This document shows positions 1-9,766 of a stretch of 64,000 nucleotides of DNA, piece after piece. The stretch lies in assembly GCA_003528115.1 (NCBI GenBank), contig DOGZ01000014.1, forward strand, positions 166,081 through 230,080, read 5' to 3'. Under the pieces are notes generated by a model. It saw nothing but the letters and a program-made list of their open reading frames with translations, searched no databases and was not told where the DNA came from. The stretch is from Candidatus Omnitrophota bacterium (GTDB lineage Bacteria; Omnitrophota; Gorgyraeia; Zapsychrales; Zapsychraceae). Made by a program: the position numbers and the translations under genes. Numbering within the stretch: position 1 is the first letter of the stretch; every line of letters starts with the position of its first letter.

Positions 1-453
1 ATCATGATGCTGACCGCCAAGGGGGAAGAGGTGGACCGCATTGTGGGTTTTGAATTAGGGGCCGATGATTATATGGTCAAGCCTTTTAGCCCGCGCGAAT
101 TGCTTTTAAGAGTTAAGGCTATTTTAAGACGGGGAGAAACGCGGGAAGCGGCGGCGGAAGTTTTAAAGGTTGGACACCTGAGCATTGACATCCCTTGCCA
201 CAAAGTGCTGGTGAACCAGAAAGAAATTCATTTGACGGCCAAAGAGTATAAACTTTTGCTCGTGCTGGTCCAGCGCAAAGGGCGTCTGCAGTCCCGGGAA
301 CGTCTGCTGGAAGATGTGTGGGATGTTACGGCGGATGTCACAACACGGACCGTGGATACCCATGTCAAGCGTCTGAGGCAAAAACTGGGACGGGAAGGCC
401 GGTTGATTGAAACTGTCCGGGGGATGGGGTACCGGTTTTATGACGAGGAATAA
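1..453 (+). CDS. phoB: OmpR-family response regulator PhoB (5'-truncated by window edge)
   Basis: End of a receiver domain (MLTAK..GADDYMVKPFSPREL) and a winged helix (TRTVDTHVKRLRQKL..ETVRGMGY); next to phoR, pstB and phoU. Confidence 0.88.
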   Translation: MMMLTAKGEEVDRIVGFELGADDYMVKPFSPRELLLRVKAILRRGETREAAAEVLKVGHLSIDIPCHKVLVNQKEIHLTAKEYKLLLVLVQRKGRLQSRERLLEDVWDVTADVTTRTVDTHVKRLRQKLGREGRLIETVRGMGYRFYDEE

Positions 454-455
454 AG

Positions 456-2228
456 TTGCCGGTTAAAATCCAATACAAATTAACTTTTCTGATCGCCGCG
501 ATTGCTGTGGTTGTTTTCTCGGGGCTATATTTTTATCTTAACCGGAGCCTTCAAGAGCATTCCTTCCAGCGTATTAGAAATACGTTGATCAAGGAAGTCC
601 AACTTTCCAAGTCTTACATGGAAAGCCAATTGGACGCTTTTTTTTCTCCAAATAAAATCGATGACATCGCGGATCAAATCAGTCAGGATTTGGGGGCGCG
701 GGTTACTATTATCGATCTGGAAGGCCGTGTCCTGGGAGATTCAGAAATAGAGGACCAACGGTTGGCTGAGATGGAGAATCATCTTTATCGTCCGGAGATT
801 CAGCAAGCCATTAAAGGGAGACGGGGGGAGAGCCTCCGGTTCAGTACTACGGTTCAACACGAAATGTTCTATATGGCGTCGGTATTCGGAAGAGCGCAGG
901 ATCAGGGTTTTGTGCGGCTGGCTATTCCCTTATCTGAGATTGAGGCCGCGTCCCGTCAAGTGAAGAGGCAATTGATTATTTCCTTGTCGGCGGCTTTTTT
1001 GGTGGTGGTTTTAGTTGGATACGGGGCATCTGTTTTTATTTCCAGGCCGATAAGGCAAGTCTCGGCCATGGCCGTCGGCCTCGCGCAAGGAAATCCTATC
1101 CCGAGGGTTTGGCCCTCAACGCGTGATGAGGTCGGTGAATTAGCCAAAGCGATTCATGCTCTGTACGGACAGATTAAGGTCCGTGGCGACGAAGTAACGG
1201 CCAATGCCTCGCGGTTTGAGGCCATCCTGCTCAGTATGTTTGAGGGCGTGATGGTCATTGATCAGCACGGGCGGATTCTCCTTATGAATGAGACATTAAA
1301 AAGATTATGGCAGGTCGGAGAAAATCCTGTGGGCCGTAAACCGTTGGAGGTGGTCCGAAATATAGAAATTCAGGAAATTGCCGATAAAGTCATTCAACAT
1401 AAAAGCGTCGTTGAATCCAGGGAATTGATCCTTTTGTCGCCGGAGGATAAAATTTTACAGATACATGCCGCCCCCGTTATCCGAGAAGACGAAGTGGATG
1501 GGGCCGTGCTTGTCTTTCATGACATTACAGAGTTGCGACGGTTGGAGAATGTGCGACGGGATTTTATCGCGAATGTGTCTCATGAACTCCGGACACCTCT
1601 GACAAGTATCCAGGGATACGCCGAGACACTGCTGGAAGGGGCGATGGAGGACAAGAAACACGCGCATGATTTCTTAAAAATTATTTACGCGGACGCGCAA
1701 CGCCTGGCGCAGTTGGTCGATGATTTATTGGAATTGTCGAAAATCGAGTCGGGAAAATGGACGCTTCGACTCCAATCCTTTGAGCTTTATCCTTTCGTTG
1801 AAAGAATAGTGAAAGGATTTCAAAAACAGGCCCGTGACCAGGGTATCCGTATTTATAACAATATTCCGACGGACTTCCCTTCCGTTCAGGTGGATGAGCA
1901 GGGATTAATTCAGGTCTTGCTGAATCTTCTGGATAATGCGGTTAAATATAATAGAAAAGGCGGTTCGGTCACACTTACCGCCCGGGAGTGTCCTACTGGA
2001 ATCATGGTCGAGGTCTCGGACACCGGTATCGGGATCCCCGTGGAAGACTGCCCGCGGATCTTTGAGCGTTTTTACCGTGTGGACAAAGCCCGCGCCCGCG
2101 ATTTGGGGGGGACCGGTTTGGGTTTAGCCATTGCCAAACACATTATCCAGGCCCATCATGGGGAGATGAGCGTGCAGAGTCAGTTGAACGTGGGCACCAC
2201 CTTTACTTTCACCCTCCCAAGGGCTTAA
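456..2228 (+). CDS. phoR: Phosphate regulon sensor histidine kinase PhoR (TM, HAMP, PAS, HisKA, HATPase)
   Basis: H-box DFIANVSHELRTPLT, N-box NLLDNAVKY, RIFERFYRVDKARAR..GGTGLGLAI; TTG start 2 nt after the phoB stop. Confidence 0.88.
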   Translation: MPVKIQYKLTFLIAAIAVVVFSGLYFYLNRSLQEHSFQRIRNTLIKEVQLSKSYMESQLDAFFSPNKIDDIADQISQDLGARVTIIDLEGRVLGDSEIEDQRLAEMENHLYRPEIQQAIKGRRGESLRFSTTVQHEMFYMASVFGRAQDQGFVRLAIPLSEIEAASRQVKRQLIISLSAAFLVVVLVGYGASVFISRPIRQVSAMAVGLAQGNPIPRVWPSTRDEVGELAKAIHALYGQIKVRGDEVTANASRFEAILLSMFEGVMVIDQHGRILLMNETLKRLWQVGENPVGRKPLEVVRNIEIQEIADKVIQHKSVVESRELILLSPEDKILQIHAAPVIREDEVDGAVLVFHDITELRRLENVRRDFIANVSHELRTPLTSIQGYAETLLEGAMEDKKHAHDFLKIIYADAQRLAQLVDDLLELSKIESGKWTLRLQSFELYPFVERIVKGFQKQARDQGIRIYNNIPTDFPSVQVDEQGLIQVLLNLLDNAVKYNRKGGSVTLTARECPTGIMVEVSDTGIGIPVEDCPRIFERFYRVDKARARDLGGTGLGLAIAKHIIQAHHGEMSVQSQLNVGTTFTFTLPRA

Positions 2229-2278
2229 TCCCTCCCCCCAAAAAAAAGAAATCGTTTAAGAACACCTTATCTTCTTTT

Positions 2279-2336
2279 CTTTCACACAGATTTCACATTC
2301 CAGCCATCCGCCGTTCACTTACTTGATTTATATTTT
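2279..2336 (+). promoter_or_regulatory. Putative Pho box array with a possible -10 element
   Basis: Heptamers CTTTCAC (2279), ATTTCAC (2290), CAGCCAT (2301) and CGTTCAC (2312) at exact 11-bp spacing, resembling CTGTCAT/TTCACA repeats; TATTTT at 2331-2336. Confidence 0.6.
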
Positions 2337-2361
2337 ATGTAAAAAATGAAAGGAGGTGGAT

Positions 2362-2565
2362 ATGTTGGATATGTTTGAGGTCAAACCACAGATGATTCAT
2401 ATTGAATTCATCCAGAGTTGGCTAAGATCAGAAATCGATCGGTTAAATAAAATTTTGACTACGATCGATCATAGCCGGGATTACCGTGATAGTTATATCC
2501 GGGAATCGCTAAGGTCATCCGAAATGGCTTTACGGGGAATGAGAAAATTCATTCACGAGAATTAA
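2362..2565 (+). CDS. Small hypothetical protein (~67 aa)
   Basis: Strong SD AAGGAGGTG at ~2350-2358 before ATGs at 2362 and 2371; Pho-box-like array upstream and hairpin downstream. Confidence 0.55.
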   Translation: MLDMFEVKPQMIHIEFIQSWLRSEIDRLNKILTTIDHSRDYRDSYIRESLRSSEMALRGMRKFIHEN

Positions 2566-2592
2566 TCATTTTCCGGGAATCCTATTTTGAGG

Positions 2593-2632
2593 GATGGAGA
2601 TGGCTTTGTGGCTGTCTTCATCGTATTCTTTC
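2593..2632 (+). terminator. Putative intrinsic terminator
   Basis: 12-bp stem GATGGAGATGGC/GCTGTCTTCATC (3 G-U pairs), 6-nt loop, then GTATTCTTTT. Confidence 0.45.
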
Positions 2633-2886
2633 GCAGGGGGGAATTATTCGCAGCCTTCGCGCAATCGCCACACAATCGAGATCAATGAGCATTAAATTTT
2701 CTTTAAGAGAACCGATGAAGAAATAGTTTTACAGCGGTCATAATTTCAGATATTGTGTTGCATAAAAAAGAGAATGTTTTATTTTTAAAAAAATAATCAG
2801 TTTTTCCAACTTGATATTTTTCGCATCATTAATCAAAAAGAGATTGGTATTGTCTGAGAATGCGGTGACGGCCCAAGAAGAAATTC

Positions 2887-3699
2887 TTGAAAGAAAACCT
2901 TGGGGAGAATGTGAAATTTATGCTAACGATGGAGAAAGAAGTTCGTAAAGTCAAGGCCGATGTGAGCGCGTTAAGTTTTTATTACGATAAAACCTTAGCC
3001 TTGAAGAGCATTTCCATGCCTGTCCATGAAAACTCCGTGATCGGGATCATCGGGCCGTCGGGCTGCGGTAAGTCCACGTTTTTGCGGTGTTTCAACCGCA
3101 TGAATGATATTTTGCCCCGGGTGCGGTATGAGGGCAGCATTACTATTGACGGGAAGAACATATTGGACAGGAATTTAGATGTGGTGGATCTCAGGCGGGA
3201 TGTGGGGATGGTCTTTCAAAAGTCTAATCCTTTTCCAAAATCTATTTTCGAGAATGTGTCGTACGGCCTTAAGATTAACGGCATTAAAGATAAAGCTTTC
3301 ATTGCCGATAAAGTGGAACAAAGTCTGAAAGGCGCGGCCTTGTGGGACGAGGTTAAAGACCGCCTTCCTCAGAGCGCCTTTACCCTCTCCGGCGGCCAGC
3401 AACAGCGCTTATGCATTGCCCGGGCCTTGGCGATTGAACCCCAGATCCTTTTGTTGGATGAACCGGCCTCCGCCTTAGACCCTATCGCCACGGCCAAGAT
3501 TGAAGAGCTGATTCATGAATTGAAAAAAAAATATACGATCATCATTGTCACGCACAATATGCAGCAGGCGGCCCGGGTTTCCGACTATACGGCTTTTTTT
3601 ATGATGGGCGAGTTGGTAGAATATGACGCAACCGTAAAAATATTTACAAATCCTTCGAAGAAGATCACCGAGGATTATGTCACGGGGAGGTTTGGTTAA
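2887..3699 (+). CDS. pstB: Phosphate ABC transporter ATP-binding protein PstB (true start may be ATG 2920 or 2929)
   Basis: [52 protein letters not shown]-terminal [10 protein letters not shown]. Confidence 0.95.
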   Translation: MKENLGENVKFMLTMEKEVRKVKADVSALSFYYDKTLALKSISMPVHENSVIGIIGPSGCGKSTFLRCFNRMNDILPRVRYEGSITIDGKNILDRNLDVVDLRRDVGMVFQKSNPFPKSIFENVSYGLKINGIKDKAFIADKVEQSLKGAALWDEVKDRLPQSAFTLSGGQQQRLCIARALAIEPQILLLDEPASALDPIATAKIEELIHELKKKYTIIIVTHNMQQAARVSDYTAFFMMGELVEYDATVKIFTNPSKKITEDYVTGRFG

Positions 3700-3703
3700 T
3701 TAT

Positions 3704-4372
3704 ATGAAAAGACATTTAGACGAAGAGCTCAAGAAATTAAATATGAATTTGTTGACTATGGCGACCCTGGTTGAGGAGGCGATTCATCAGTCCGTCGAAG
3801 CGTTGAAAAAACAGGATAAGGATTTGGCCGGGAAGGTCATTGACGGAGATCAGCAGATTGATGAATGGGAGATCAGAATCGAGGAGGAGATCATCGATCT
3901 TTTGGTGTTATTTCAGCCCATGGCGGGGGATTTACGGTTCATCACAACCGGCATGCACATTAACGCCGAATTAGAGCGGATCGCGGATTTAACGGTCAAT
4001 ATTGCTCAAAGGGTGCTGGATATCGCGGACCAGCCCTTGTTGAAACCGTTGCAGGATATCCAAAAGTTGGCTGAGCAGGCTAAATGGATGCTTAAGAAAA
4101 CAATAGATGCTTTTGTCAAACGGGACGGGGAGATTGCCAAGACCGTCATTTTTGCCGATAAAACCTCCAATCAATTAAGAACCATGATTATAAAAGAATT
4201 GGTGGAAGATTTTATGGTGAAAGACGGAACCACGGCCCCGCGGGCTGTCCCCCTGCTGTTGGTGGCCAGAGACTTAGAGAGAATCTGTGATCATGCCGTT
4301 TCCATTGCCGAAGATACCATTTATATGGTGGAGGCCAAAATGGTCAAACATCATCCGGAGAGGATAAAATAG
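3704..4372 (+). CDS. phoU: Phosphate signalling protein PhoU
   Basis: QPMAGDLRFI, ELERIADL and RDLERICDHA PhoU repeats; follows pstB. Confidence 0.93.
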   Translation: MKRHLDEELKKLNMNLLTMATLVEEAIHQSVEALKKQDKDLAGKVIDGDQQIDEWEIRIEEEIIDLLVLFQPMAGDLRFITTGMHINAELERIADLTVNIAQRVLDIADQPLLKPLQDIQKLAEQAKWMLKKTIDAFVKRDGEIAKTVIFADKTSNQLRTMIIKELVEDFMVKDGTTAPRAVPLLLVARDLERICDHAVSIAEDTIYMVEAKMVKHHPERIK

Positions 4373-4549
4373 AACAAGCTTTTTATTGATCTTCGACCAG
4401 ATTTCCCTATCGAGATCCTCCCGCGTTTTTATCCATTCTCACCGCAGAAGTCCGCATTATAGAAACATTCCAACCTTTCCTGAAAATGGCATCATCCATG
4501 ATGAAGGACACATCTGTTTTTTAAGCCCTGTAGAATATCAAGGGCTAAA

Positions 4550-4578
4550 TTGACAGGCAGGTATTCATAGAGTAGACT
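4550..4578 (+). promoter_or_regulatory. Sigma70-type promoter of the pilB-pilC unit
   Basis: TTGACA-N17-TAGACT. Confidence 0.7.
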
Positions 4579-4644
4579 TTACACCAGGTGTGCAGACAGG
4601 CAGCCATAGAAAGATGAGCCGTTGGTGTTGGGGTGCTAAAAACC

Positions 4645-6285
4645 ATGGAAAATAAGAATTATAGACTTGGAGATGTGTTAATTGAGCAAGGCTTGATCAC
4701 CGACGATCATCTTTTTGAAGCCTTGCAAATTCAAAAGAAAGACAACCGGAAACTGGGGGATATCATCGTCGCTGAAGGTTGGGTCGATGCCGGAACGGTA
4801 GCCAGGGTTTTGGCGGAGACGAACCACTTGCCGTTTGTGGATTTGACGCGTGTGTCTATCGAGGAAAACCTCTTTGGTCTCATTCCCTATGAAGTCCTCC
4901 GGAAGCACAAAATTCTTCCCATTAAACTGGAAGACGGTTGTTTGACGGTGGCGACCAACGATCCTCTGGATGTGCAGGCCCTTCAAGAGGCGCAATATCT
5001 CAGTGGGTGTCAGGTCAAACCGGTTGTGGCGGTACTCAAGGATATTTTGGCTCACATTGATAATTTTCTCGAAACCCTTCACACGATTCGGGCCAGCAAG
5101 AAGCGCGATGAAACAGATCCCGAGGATATTCCCATCATCAAGCTCGTCGAATCGATTATCAGTAAAGCGATTAAAGAGCGGGCGTCGGATATCCATTTTG
5201 AACCTCTAAAAAACAAGGTGCGTGTCCGTTTCAGGATCGACGGCGTTCTTTATGAAAAGATGCCGATTGCCAAGGAATTAGAACGCAAGGTTATTTCCAG
5301 GATTAAGATTATTTCCGGCATGGACGTGTCTGATTCAAGACGGCCTCAAGACGGCCGGCTTTCTCCGGATAAGTTTAGTGAGTATGATATCAGGGTTTCA
5401 AGCCTGCCGGACATAATGGGAGAGAATCTGGTTTTACGTATTTTGAATAAGTCCTTTACAAATTTTTCTTTATCCAATTTGGGAATGGATGACCATGAAC
5501 AAGCTGTTATCAGCGGACTTATCGCGCAACCTTACGGGATGGTCCTGGTCACAGGGCCGACAGGGGCCGGGAAGACGACGACGCTTTATTCCATTCTTAA
5601 CGGCTTAAATCAAATAGCCAACAATATCATCACGGTTGAGGATCCGGTTGAATATCAGATGGAGGGAATCAATCAAACCGCGATCAATACCCGGGCCGGT
5701 TATACCTTCGCCACCGCGATCCGGCACATCCTGCGGCATGATCCGGATATTATCATGGTCGGTGAGATCAGGGATTCAGAAACGGCCGAGATCGCTATCC
5801 GGGCCGCTTTAACGGGGCATCTTGTTTTTTCCACGCTTCATACGAATTCCGCCGCGGGGGCTGTGATGCGTCTCTTGGACATGAACATTGAACCATTTCT
5901 CATTCAATCCGCGGTGATCGGTGTTATTGCCCAGCGTTTGGTCAGACGGTTATGTCTTCACTGCCGAACAGAATATTCCCCCTCACCTGAAGTCCGGGCC
6001 ACCCTCAGCAAAGTGATGGAAATACCCAAGGACATCCTTTTAGCCTCGCCGGGCGGATGTGAAGACTGCCTGAAGACGGGTTTTTTAGGACGGGCGGGAA
6101 TATTTGAGACCTTGGTGATTAATGAAGGGGTTAGAAAGTTGATTCTAAAGTCGCCGAGCGAAGAGACGTTGAGTCAATACGCGGTATCCAAGGGAATGAA
6201 GACTTTAAGAATGGCCGGCTGTGTCAAGGCCCTTGAGAAGATAACCTCTCTGGAAGAGATCCTGAGTATAACTTTTAGCGAATAG
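4645..6285 (+). CDS. pilB: Type IV pilus assembly ATPase, PilB/GspE family, with N-terminal MshEN domain
   Basis: RLGDVLIEQG..ALQIQ, ASDIHFEP, Walker A GPTGAGKTT, TVEDPVEY, RHDPDIIMVGEIRD, Zn motifs CLHC/CEDC. Confidence 0.85.
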   Translation: MENKNYRLGDVLIEQGLITDDHLFEALQIQKKDNRKLGDIIVAEGWVDAGTVARVLAETNHLPFVDLTRVSIEENLFGLIPYEVLRKHKILPIKLEDGCLTVATNDPLDVQALQEAQYLSGCQVKPVVAVLKDILAHIDNFLETLHTIRASKKRDETDPEDIPIIKLVESIISKAIKERASDIHFEPLKNKVRVRFRIDGVLYEKMPIAKELERKVISRIKIISGMDVSDSRRPQDGRLSPDKFSEYDIRVSSLPDIMGENLVLRILNKSFTNFSLSNLGMDDHEQAVISGLIAQPYGMVLVTGPTGAGKTTTLYSILNGLNQIANNIITVEDPVEYQMEGINQTAINTRAGYTFATAIRHILRHDPDIIMVGEIRDSETAEIAIRAALTGHLVFSTLHTNSAAGAVMRLLDMNIEPFLIQSAVIGVIAQRLVRRLCLHCRTEYSPSPEVRATLSKVMEIPKDILLASPGGCEDCLKTGFLGRAGIFETLVINEGVRKLILKSPSEETLSQYAVSKGMKTLRMAGCVKALEKITSLEEILSITFSE

Positions 6286-6286
6286 G

Positions 6287-7498
6287 ATGTCTATGCAATA
6301 TTTTATGTATAAAGTTAAAGACGACGCGGGGCGCACGCTGTATGGTTTGATCGAAGGCCAGACGAAAGACGATATTAAGAAAAGGTTGCGAAGGCCCAAT
6401 TTGTTTTTTATTTCCGCCCGTCCGTATCATCTGCAAAAACTTTTTAAGAGCCGCGTTAAATTCCAGACACTGATTATGTTTACGAACCGCCTTTCCTCGC
6501 TGATTGAGGCGGGGATCCCCATCCTGTCGGCCATGGACATTTTATGGCGGCAATCGGAAGACCAGACGATCCAGCTCGTGGTCAGTTACATGAAACGTCA
6601 ACTGGAAGAGGGAAATAAAATATCGACGACCATGGAGTATTTCCCGCGGATTTTTCCTGTTGTTTATCGGGCCCTGATCCGTGTGGGGGAGACCAGCGGG
6701 GCCATGACGCCCATTTTAAGGAAGTTGACGGAATTCCTGGAATATAAAGCCAAGATTATCTTAAGGACCAAGAAGGCCACTTTTTATCCGTCGATTGTTG
6801 TGGTTTTTTCTGTATTGGTTATTCTGGGGATGTTCATGTTTGTCGTTCCGACGTTTCAAAAGCTCTTGCTTAAACTGGACGTGGATCTGCCTGTACTGAC
6901 GAAAGTCATTTTAGAGATATCGACAAAGATGAGAACCTGGGGATTTTTTATAACGGTTGTTTTCGGCGGGATGGGATTATACATGACGCTCAATTATCTT
7001 AGGCGAAATCCCCGGGTCGCGGCCAAAATTGACGGCATGGTTTTGAAGATCCCCTATTTTGGGCATATTTTCTTGACGATTTCCTTGAGTCAATATATCC
7101 GATCATTAAGCATTCTTCTTGAGGCGGGCGTTCCGCTCATCGAAAGTCTCACGGTGGCCAACTCAACGACCGGCAATCAGAAAATCGCCCAGGAACTGGA
7201 TGGGATTAAAAACGACGCTGAACAAGGGGTTTCCTTATATGAAGGGTTTAAAAAAATTAAGGACATTCCCGTTATGCTTATTGAAATGATCGGCATCGGG
7301 GAATCCACCGGTATGATGTCACAAATTCTGGAGAAGGTTAACCGGCATTTTGATGAAGAGATTGAATATAATATCGATAGATTTTTGACCATGCTTGAGC
7401 CCTTGTTGATCATCTTCGTTGGCTTTATCGTGATTATTACTTTATTATCTATTTACCTTCCCGTTATCTCTATCTGGGATAGTCTTTCCGGGTATTAA
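6287..7498 (+). CDS. pilC: Platform protein, PilC/GspF family
   Basis: Two T2SSF repeats (LIEAGIPIL, GETSG; LLEAGVPL, GESTG), MLEPLLII, three TM segments. Confidence 0.85.
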   Translation: MSMQYFMYKVKDDAGRTLYGLIEGQTKDDIKKRLRRPNLFFISARPYHLQKLFKSRVKFQTLIMFTNRLSSLIEAGIPILSAMDILWRQSEDQTIQLVVSYMKRQLEEGNKISTTMEYFPRIFPVVYRALIRVGETSGAMTPILRKLTEFLEYKAKIILRTKKATFYPSIVVVFSVLVILGMFMFVVPTFQKLLLKLDVDLPVLTKVILEISTKMRTWGFFITVVFGGMGLYMTLNYLRRNPRVAAKIDGMVLKIPYFGHIFLTISLSQYIRSLSILLEAGVPLIESLTVANSTTGNQKIAQELDGIKNDAEQGVSLYEGFKKIKDIPVMLIEMIGIGESTGMMSQILEKVNRHFDEEIEYNIDRFLTMLEPLLIIFVGFIVIITLLSIYLPVISIWDSLSGY

Positions 7499-7741
7499 TA
7501 GAGGAATGCCGCCTTCCTTAAATATCAGCGCTCCTTATGAAAGCGCTGTACCTTCCCCTCTGGTTCTTAGTCAGAGGTTTTGTTTCTCCCTCCCCGCGAT
7601 CCTTTTGTGCCAACTTGACAGGTTTTTTTAATCATTTTTTTCTTTAATAAAAAGCCTTGTTTCATAACCAGCGTATTTACAGCAAGTTGTAACAATTCTA
7701 CGTTTTAAGGGAAACGGTTTCCCGGAGTTGCCTTTACCCCC

Positions 7742-7769
7742 TTGCATTTGCGGGTTGCTGTGTTAGACT
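7742..7769 (+). promoter_or_regulatory. Putative sigma70 promoter of the pilin gene
   Basis: TTGCAT-N16-TAGACT with extended -10 TG; same -10 hexamer as the pilB promoter. Confidence 0.5.
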
Positions 7770-7853
7770 TCTGGCAGTAGAGATTGGGTTGAAGAAAAGA
7801 ATAAGAGAAGTTAACAACAATGGCTGAGAAAGCCGACAAACAAGGGGGATGAA

Positions 7854-8249
7854 ATGAAAAAAGGGTTCACATTAGTTGAGTTACTCGTAGTTCTGGTGGT
7901 CATTGGCGTTATTATCGCGTTGATTCTACCCAACGCCATGAAAGCCATCGCCCGCGCGCAGGATAAGGAATGCGCCAGTAATATACGCACGATACAAACA
8001 GCAATGGATCTTTGTTATTCGCAAACAAGGGACTACTCTGCGTGTAACACCATGGGTGAGTTAACAAGTCCCATTACTTCGGGAGGTGTTTCGACTCCAG
8101 CGCCGTTATCTACGACCCCTGTCTGTCCTTTTGGGGTTGGATATGTTATTAGCGGAGGATCGACAGGGGTGTCTCCGACAATAGCCACAGCGACGCATTT
8201 TTCTGTTTGGCCGCCGCGAAACGTTTTGCATGTGGGTAACACTAATTAA
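7854..8249 (+). CDS. Type IV pilin (probable major pilin)
   Basis: Class III signal MKKG|FTLVELLVVLVVIGVII; small size, four Cys, own promoter and SD AGGGGG. Confidence 0.85.
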   Translation: MKKGFTLVELLVVLVVIGVIIALILPNAMKAIARAQDKECASNIRTIQTAMDLCYSQTRDYSACNTMGELTSPITSGGVSTPAPLSTTPVCPFGVGYVISGGSTGVSPTIATATHFSVWPPRNVLHVGNTN

Positions 8250-8282
8250 TTCCAATTCCGTAACAACGGCCAGGGGGGCAAC

Positions 8283-9758
8283 ATGAAAAACGGGTATTTG
8301 GGATTAGAGATAAGTTCTTCAAAGCTGCGCTACGTGTATATTACCAGGCAGCATAAAAGACACACGATCGTCAAGGCAGGCACATCCGCGTTTCAGCTGG
8401 ATGTGTCTGCCCCAGGCCGTCTGGCCGGGGTCATTAGGGAAATCCTTACGAAAGAGGAAATGGCGCCGGAGCAGATCTTCCTGACGGTCTCACGCAAAGA
8501 GACCCTTATCCGTCAAACGGTGTTGCCCAAGATGAGTTCTCAGGAGCTGTCCGCGGTTATCCCGTCAGAAATCGAAAAGATTCCTGTCTTTACCAACAAG
8601 AAGTTTGACTTTATCTTCCAAACTTACCCGGCAAAGAATGAGAAGTTAAGGGTGATTTTTGCCGCGGTGGAACAAGGTATTTTGAATTATCTCCTTGAAG
8701 AAATTGAGCAATTGAAGATTGATTTTCATCATGTGGAAATCGCGCCGTTAAATCTTAAGGAGCTCGTGTATCTTAAAGAACCTGTTTACAAACCCCAGGC
8801 CATGATGGTCGTCCATGACCGTATGAGCCATTTTATTATTTACCAGGATCATCAGTATAAACTCTTTTATCAGACGGCGATCGGTCTTGAAAATCTTTAT
8901 CCCAACGGCGCGAAGAATTTGGATGAGGGTGTTTTAACGAGTTTGATCGGGGAGGTGCAGCGCGTTATCAAATCGTTTGTCTCCGAAAACAAAGAAGAAT
9001 TGATTGAAAGGATAGGACTTGTTTGGGATAAAACCGATGTGGCAAATCTGGACAGTATATTACAGAAACGCCTTGAGGCAAAGGTGGAAAGTTTTGATTT
9101 GGGACAAATACCGCAGTTGAGTATTAAGGAAGGCGAACCGTTTCTTAATCCTGTCTATATGCTGGCGGCGACGCCAGTCGTGTATCATTTAACAAAACTG
9201 AGACCGCAGTTTTCGTTAGGTCAATTTTTTAAAGGTTTTCATATTAAAAGATATTGTTTGAGGGTGGCCGCTGTATCCGCGATTTTTATAGGCGTTGTCG
9301 GACTCTTTCTGGGGATATTAAGTCTCAATTTTTATAGAGAACGCGTCGTTTTATCCAAGAACGTGAGGCAGATCACTCAGCAGATTTCGGATTTGAAGAA
9401 TGATTCGGTGGAGTTATATCGAAAAAGGGATGAGTACCTTCAGACCAGGCAAGGGCTCTTGGACCAGGCCAGTTATGTTCAGGCCTTGAACCGCATCTCT
9501 TGGGAGCAGGTTTTATCCGTCGTCGCTAAAGAGATCCCGGAGGATTTATCTTTAACATCTTTTAGTTTTGAGAAATCCGGCAGTGTTACTTTTGTCGGAG
9601 ATGCGATAGAGGTTGAGTCGATTGCCGAAATGATCCGCCGGGTGGATAGTTCCACCATTTTAAATAATGGAAGGTTTGATTTTTTAAGAGAAAAAGATCG
9701 CGACAATAAAAAGATTTTTCAATTCGGGATCATGGCCCAATTAAAAGAGAATGAGTGA
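8283..9758 (+). CDS. PilM-PilN fusion protein
   Basis: Actin-like PilM start (LGLEISSSKLRYV), one TM, then a PilN-like domain (WEQVLSVVAKEIPEDLSLTSF). Confidence 0.75.
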   Translation: MKNGYLGLEISSSKLRYVYITRQHKRHTIVKAGTSAFQLDVSAPGRLAGVIREILTKEEMAPEQIFLTVSRKETLIRQTVLPKMSSQELSAVIPSEIEKIPVFTNKKFDFIFQTYPAKNEKLRVIFAAVEQGILNYLLEEIEQLKIDFHHVEIAPLNLKELVYLKEPVYKPQAMMVVHDRMSHFIIYQDHQYKLFYQTAIGLENLYPNGAKNLDEGVLTSLIGEVQRVIKSFVSENKEELIERIGLVWDKTDVANLDSILQKRLEAKVESFDLGQIPQLSIKEGEPFLNPVYMLAATPVVYHLTKLRPQFSLGQFFKGFHIKRYCLRVAAVSAIFIGVVGLFLGILSLNFYRERVVLSKNVRQITQQISDLKNDSVELYRKRDEYLQTRQGLLDQASYVQALNRISWEQVLSVVAKEIPEDLSLTSFSFEKSGSVTFVGDAIEVESIAEMIRRVDSSTILNNGRFDFLREKDRDNKKIFQFGIMAQLKENE

Positions 9759-9766
9759 GGGGTTCG

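Noticed and set aside
2720-2770. Second Pho box upstream of pstB
   Set aside because: A single CGGTCAT half-site with no partner at 11-bp spacing
7690-7850. Possible c-di-GMP riboswitch upstream of the pilin
   Set aside because: Only short hairpins (GGGAAAC/GTTTCCC, GGCT/AGCC); I could not find the conserved two-stem GEMM pattern
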